Shown here: positions 62,384 through 64,000 of the stretch, piece by piece
Numbering within the stretch: the stretch's first letter is position 1
Layout of the letters: the number at the start of each line of letters is the position of its first letter
Notes under the pieces: model-generated
Seen by the model: only the letters and a program-made list of their open reading frames with translations
The model's database searches: none
Told to the model about the DNA's origin: nothing
Source of the DNA: Candidatus Latescibacterota bacterium
Lineage (GTDB): Bacteria > Latescibacterota > UBA2968
DNA length: 64,000 nucleotides
Assembly: GCA_965204745.1 (NCBI GenBank)
Contig: OZ242010.1
Coordinates: forward strand, 1,600,001-1,664,000
Direction: 5' to 3'
Position numbers and translations under genes: made by a program

Positions 62384-63458
62384 AAACACCGCCATGACCT
62401 ACGCTTGGCCCATCGCCATCTTCCTCGTCTTTGGCATTGCCGCGCCCGTGCTCAATGCGATGGGCCTCATCTCCGACACGACCCTAAACCTCTGGGGCCG
62501 TTACTTCTGCTTTGCCATCGCCGCCCTCGGCATCGACCTCATCTGGGGATACACCGGCATCCTCTCGCTCTGCCAAGCCTTCTTCTTTTGCTTGGGCGGG
62601 TACGCCATCGGCATGTACATGCTCCTCAAAACCGGCACCCAAGGCGTCTATGGCAGCGCGTTGCCCGACTTCATGGTCTGGAATCGCGTAGAACAACTGC
62701 CCCTGTTTTGGGAGCCGTTTCACACCTTCACCTTCGCCTTCATCCTCGGCCTGCTCGTCCCGGCCCTGATCGCCCTCATCTTTGGGTACCTCGCGTTTCG
62801 CAGCCGCCTCAAAGGCGTCTATTTTGCCATCATCACGCAAGCCCTCGCCCTGGGCATCTATCTCATCTTTTTGCGAAATGAAACCATGCTCGGCGGCACC
62901 AATGGGCTCACGGATTTCAAAACCCTGCTCGGCTTTGAACTCGCCGATCCAGCCACCAAACGCGGCCTCTACACCATCGCCTTTGCCGCGCTGTTCGCGT
63001 CCTATTTTTTGTGCCGCGCCATCGTCAACGCCAAACTCGGGCGCGTGCTCATCGCCATTCGAGACGGCGAACACCGCCTGCGCTTCATCGGCTACCGCAT
63101 CGCCAGTTACAAAGTCTTCGTCTTTGTGCTCGCCAGCGTGCTCTGCGCGTTTGGGGGCATGCTCTACGTGCCGCAAACCGGCATCATCACCCCCGGGCGC
63201 ATGGATGTGCAAGCGTCTATCGAAATGGTGATCTGGGTCGCCATTGGCGGGCGCGGCACCTTGATCGGCCCCATCATCGGCGCCGTGCTCGTCAACCTGC
63301 TCTACAGCTTTTTGACCGGCGCGTTCCCCGGCACTTGGCTCTACTTTTTGGGCTTTCTCTTCATCGGCGGCGTGCTCTTTTTTCCCGACGGCCTCATCGG
63401 CCTGCGATCCAAAATCGACTCGATCCGTCCCAACCGCCGAAAGCGAAAATCGCCATGA
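62376..63458 (+). CDS. urtC: Urea ABC permease UrtC
   Basis: DLIWGYTGILSL, LPDFMVWN, GVYFAIITQA, GGTNGLTDF, WVAIGGRGTL. Confidence 0.93.
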   Translation: MSKNTAMTYAWPIAIFLVFGIAAPVLNAMGLISDTTLNLWGRYFCFAIAALGIDLIWGYTGILSLCQAFFFCLGGYAIGMYMLLKTGTQGVYGSALPDFMVWNRVEQLPLFWEPFHTFTFAFILGLLVPALIALIFGYLAFRSRLKGVYFAIITQALALGIYLIFLRNETMLGGTNGLTDFKTLLGFELADPATKRGLYTIAFAALFASYFLCRAIVNAKLGRVLIAIRDGEHRLRFIGYRIASYKVFVFVLASVLCAFGGMLYVPQTGIITPGRMDVQASIEMVIWVAIGGRGTLIGPIIGAVLVNLLYSFLTGAFPGTWLYFLGFLFIGGVLFFPDGLIGLRSKIDSIRPNRRKRKSP

Positions 63459-64000
63459 CATTCGACCCCATCCTCCTCACCGTGCAAAACCTCCGCGTCT
63501 CCTTCGACGGGTTTGTCGCGCTCGACATCCGCGAATTCGTCTTGCACGACCGGGAATTGCGCGTGGTCATCGGCCCCAATGGCGCGGGCAAAACCACCTT
63601 TCTCGACGTGCTGTGTGGCAAAACCAAGCCCGACCGAGGCAGTGCGCGATTCGACAAATTCGACCTCACCCACATGAGCGAAGATGCCATCGTCAAAGCC
63701 GGGGTCGGGCGCAAATTTCAAACCCCCTCTGTCTTCACCTCCCTCAGCGTGTACGAAAATTTGATGCTCGCGCTCAAAACCGACCGCAACGTCCTCTTTT
63801 CGCTTTTCTCGCGCCTCTCCGACAAAAACCGCGACCGCATCCGCGCAGTCGCAGAACAAACCGGTTTGACCGACCACCTGCACGCCCCGGCGGCCTCCCT
63901 CTCGCACGGGCAAAAACAGTGGCTCGAAATTGCAATGGTCATTTTGCAAGACCCCGAACTCTTCCTCATCGACGAACCCGCCGCGGGCATGACAGACGAA
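63455..64000 (+). CDS. urtD: Urea ABC ATPase UrtD (partial at window edge)
   Basis: Own translation: VSFDGFVAL..IGPNGAGKTT..GRKFQTP..LSHGQKQWLEI..DEPAAGM. Confidence 0.92.
   Translation, partial: MTFDPILLTVQNLRVSFDGFVALDIREFVLHDRELRVVIGPNGAGKTTFLDVLCGKTKPDRGSARFDKFDLTHMSEDAIVKAGVGRKFQTPSVFTSLSVYENLMLALKTDRNVLFSLFSRLSDKNRDRIRAVAEQTGLTDHLHAPAASLSHGQKQWLEIAMVILQDPELFLIDEPAAGMTDE

Overview
High-GC diderm bacterial chromosomal window. PorV/CTD proteins, dockerin-like surface proteins, tandem PhyH genes and abundant intergenic repeats suggest an FCB-group (Latescibacterota/Gemmatimonadota-like), possibly sponge-associated organism; this is inference only. Left to right: a partial IS110 element whose bridge RNA guides match the adjacent heptamer repeat; a MATE pump; a double-length UvrA; a divergent phosphate locus with two Pho boxes (TonB receptor + beta-helix protein / porin-pstSCAB-phoU); NUDIX-coxD-coxE-[MTase+nuclease]-xdhC; a TBDR-CTD protein-PorV triad; sigma54-type pspA plus a small membrane protein; two PhyH dioxygenases; an orphan BrnA-like gene; a giant surface protein flanked by inverted repeat mosaics; cysC, a SAF oxidoreductase, comB, Uma2, acnA; and a urea-type ABC operon cut by the window edge. 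The standout is a two-gene operon (38351-42154, minus strand) encoding an ECF sigma factor followed by a 1051-aa single-chain, miniaturised beta-beta' RNA polymerase. It keeps the catalytic motifs and the sigma-binding clamp helices but apparently lacks the beta flap and trigger loop. All calls were made by eye from motifs; no database search was run.
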